Of a stretch of 64,000 bases of DNA, positions 62,935 through 64,000 are shown piece after piece (within the stretch, counting starts at the first letter, position 1; every line of letters starts with the position of its first letter). Where the stretch lies: NCBI GenBank assembly GCA_963771175.1, contig CAVYSY010000032.1, positions 192,001 to 256,000 on the forward strand, in the 5' to 3' direction. The notes under the pieces were generated by a model. It was not told the DNA's origin, searched no databases, and saw only the letters and a program-made list of their open reading frames with translations. The stretch is from an uncultured delta proteobacterium. Lineage in GTDB: Bacteria; Myxococcota; Myxococcia; Myxococcales; Myxococcaceae. The translations under genes were made by a program, and so were the position numbers.

Positions 62935-64000
62935 GCGGCTGCGCCTGGTGCTCCCTTCCGTCTTCTCCGTGTTCCTGGCCCTGGCGGTGTGCTGGGTGTT
63001 CATCGCCCTCACGCGCGACGCGGAGACCGCCAGCGAGGCCTACCTGCAGATGCTCCGCGGCGGCCTGGGCGACTGGCCGATGTACCTCGACGGGGGCCGC
63101 ATCACCCTGCTGACCCGGCCCTTCGGAGAGGCGGCCATCAAGGCCTCCCTCCTGCTCCTCACCGGCCTGTCCGTCACGGTGGCCTTCAAGGTGGGCCTCT
63201 TCAACATCGGCGCCCAGGGGCAGATGCTGGTGGGCGCGCTCGCGGCGGCGGTGGTGGGCGCGCAACTTCAACTGCCCTCCGCGCTGCACGTGCTGGTGGC
63301 GCTGCTCGCGGCCTGCGTGGCGGGAGGCGTGTGGGCGCTCATCGCCGCGGGCCTCAAGCTCACCCGCGGCGTCCACGAGGTCATCTCCACCATCATGCTC
63401 AACTGGGTGGCGGTGAGCCTGGTGGACAACTGGCTGGTGGTGGGCCCCCTCCGGGCCGGCGCCGGCACCGGCCTGTCCACGACGGGCACCGCTGAGATCT
63501 CCGCCAGCGCGCAACTGCCCCGACTGCTCGGGGAGATGTCCCGGCTGAACCTCGGCTTCCCGCTGGCGCTGGCGGTGGCGCTGGCCATCTGGGTGTGGCT
63601 CGCGCGGTTGCGCTCGGGCTTCGAGACGCGCGCGGTGGGCCTGGGCGCCGAGGCGGCTCGGGCCGCGGGGATTTCCGTGGTGCGACGCACGGCCCAGGCC
63701 ATGGGCATGGCGGGCGCGCTCGCGGGTCTGGCCGGCGCGGTGCTGGTGCTCGGCACCGAGTTCAAGTACCCGGGCTCGCTGGGCGCCCCCTACGGCTTCG
63801 ACGGTATCGCCATCTCGCTCATCGGCGGCAACCACCCACTGGGCGTGGCCCTGTCCGCTCTCTTCTTCGGCGTGCTGCGCGCGGGCGGTACGCGCATGCA
63901 GCTCCTGGGCGTCCACAAGAGCTACCCCGAGCTCATCCAGGGCCTGGCACTGCTCTTCGTGGCGGGCCGGATGGTGTGGCTCGCCCTGCTGCGCGGACGG
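62927..64000 (+). CDS. Nucleoside/sugar ABC transporter permease; 3'-truncated by the window edge
   Basis: Starts MGERLRLVLPS; GLFNIGAQGQ, GVHEVISTIMLN, GFDGIAISLIG. Confidence 0.9.
   Translation, partial: MGERLRLVLPSVFSVFLALAVCWVFIALTRDAETASEAYLQMLRGGLGDWPMYLDGGRITLLTRPFGEAAIKASLLLLTGLSVTVAFKVGLFNIGAQGQMLVGALAAAVVGAQLQLPSALHVLVALLAACVAGGVWALIAAGLKLTRGVHEVISTIMLNWVAVSLVDNWLVVGPLRAGAGTGLSTTGTAEISASAQLPRLLGEMSRLNLGFPLALAVALAIWVWLARLRSGFETRAVGLGAEAARAAGISVVRRTAQAMGMAGALAGLAGAVLVLGTEFKYPGSLGAPYGFDGIAISLIGGNHPLGVALSALFFGVLRAGGTRMQLLGVHKSYPELIQGLALLFVAGRMVWLALLRGR

Overview
This is a very GC-rich bacterial window. Gene content (SitA-type lipoprotein toxins, a PEGA Ser/Thr kinase, many small lipoproteins) points to a myxobacterium, probably Archangium/Cystobacter-like; this is an inference. 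The backbone comprises: a FliB-like gene; a ~1,045-aa MJ1316-EEP-2H-poly(A) polymerase fusion; a moxR-DUF58-batABCDE operon; a tandem pair of RlaP/YcgL nucleotidyltransferases; alkD; a DUF2157-DUF4401-GDYXXLXY triad; a COG3014/lpoB cluster; mscS; a UshA-like multiheme cytochrome; mltD; a minus-strand run from pspA through an ABC system and kinase to an AAA ATPase; and a nucleoside-salvage locus (pdp, punA, PilZ, cdd, deaminase, ABC transporter). Three lower-GC lipoprotein plus partner cassettes are inserted into this backbone. Two of them are bracketed by a duplicated copy of the 3' end of the adjacent host gene, and no integrase is present. About 7.1-13.7 kb and 27.6-37.9 kb are dense with indels in otherwise conserved genes, most likely consensus errors, so gene boundaries there are approximate. 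I saw no rRNA, tRNA, CRISPR array or transposase. All family assignments come from motif recognition by eye, not from database searches.
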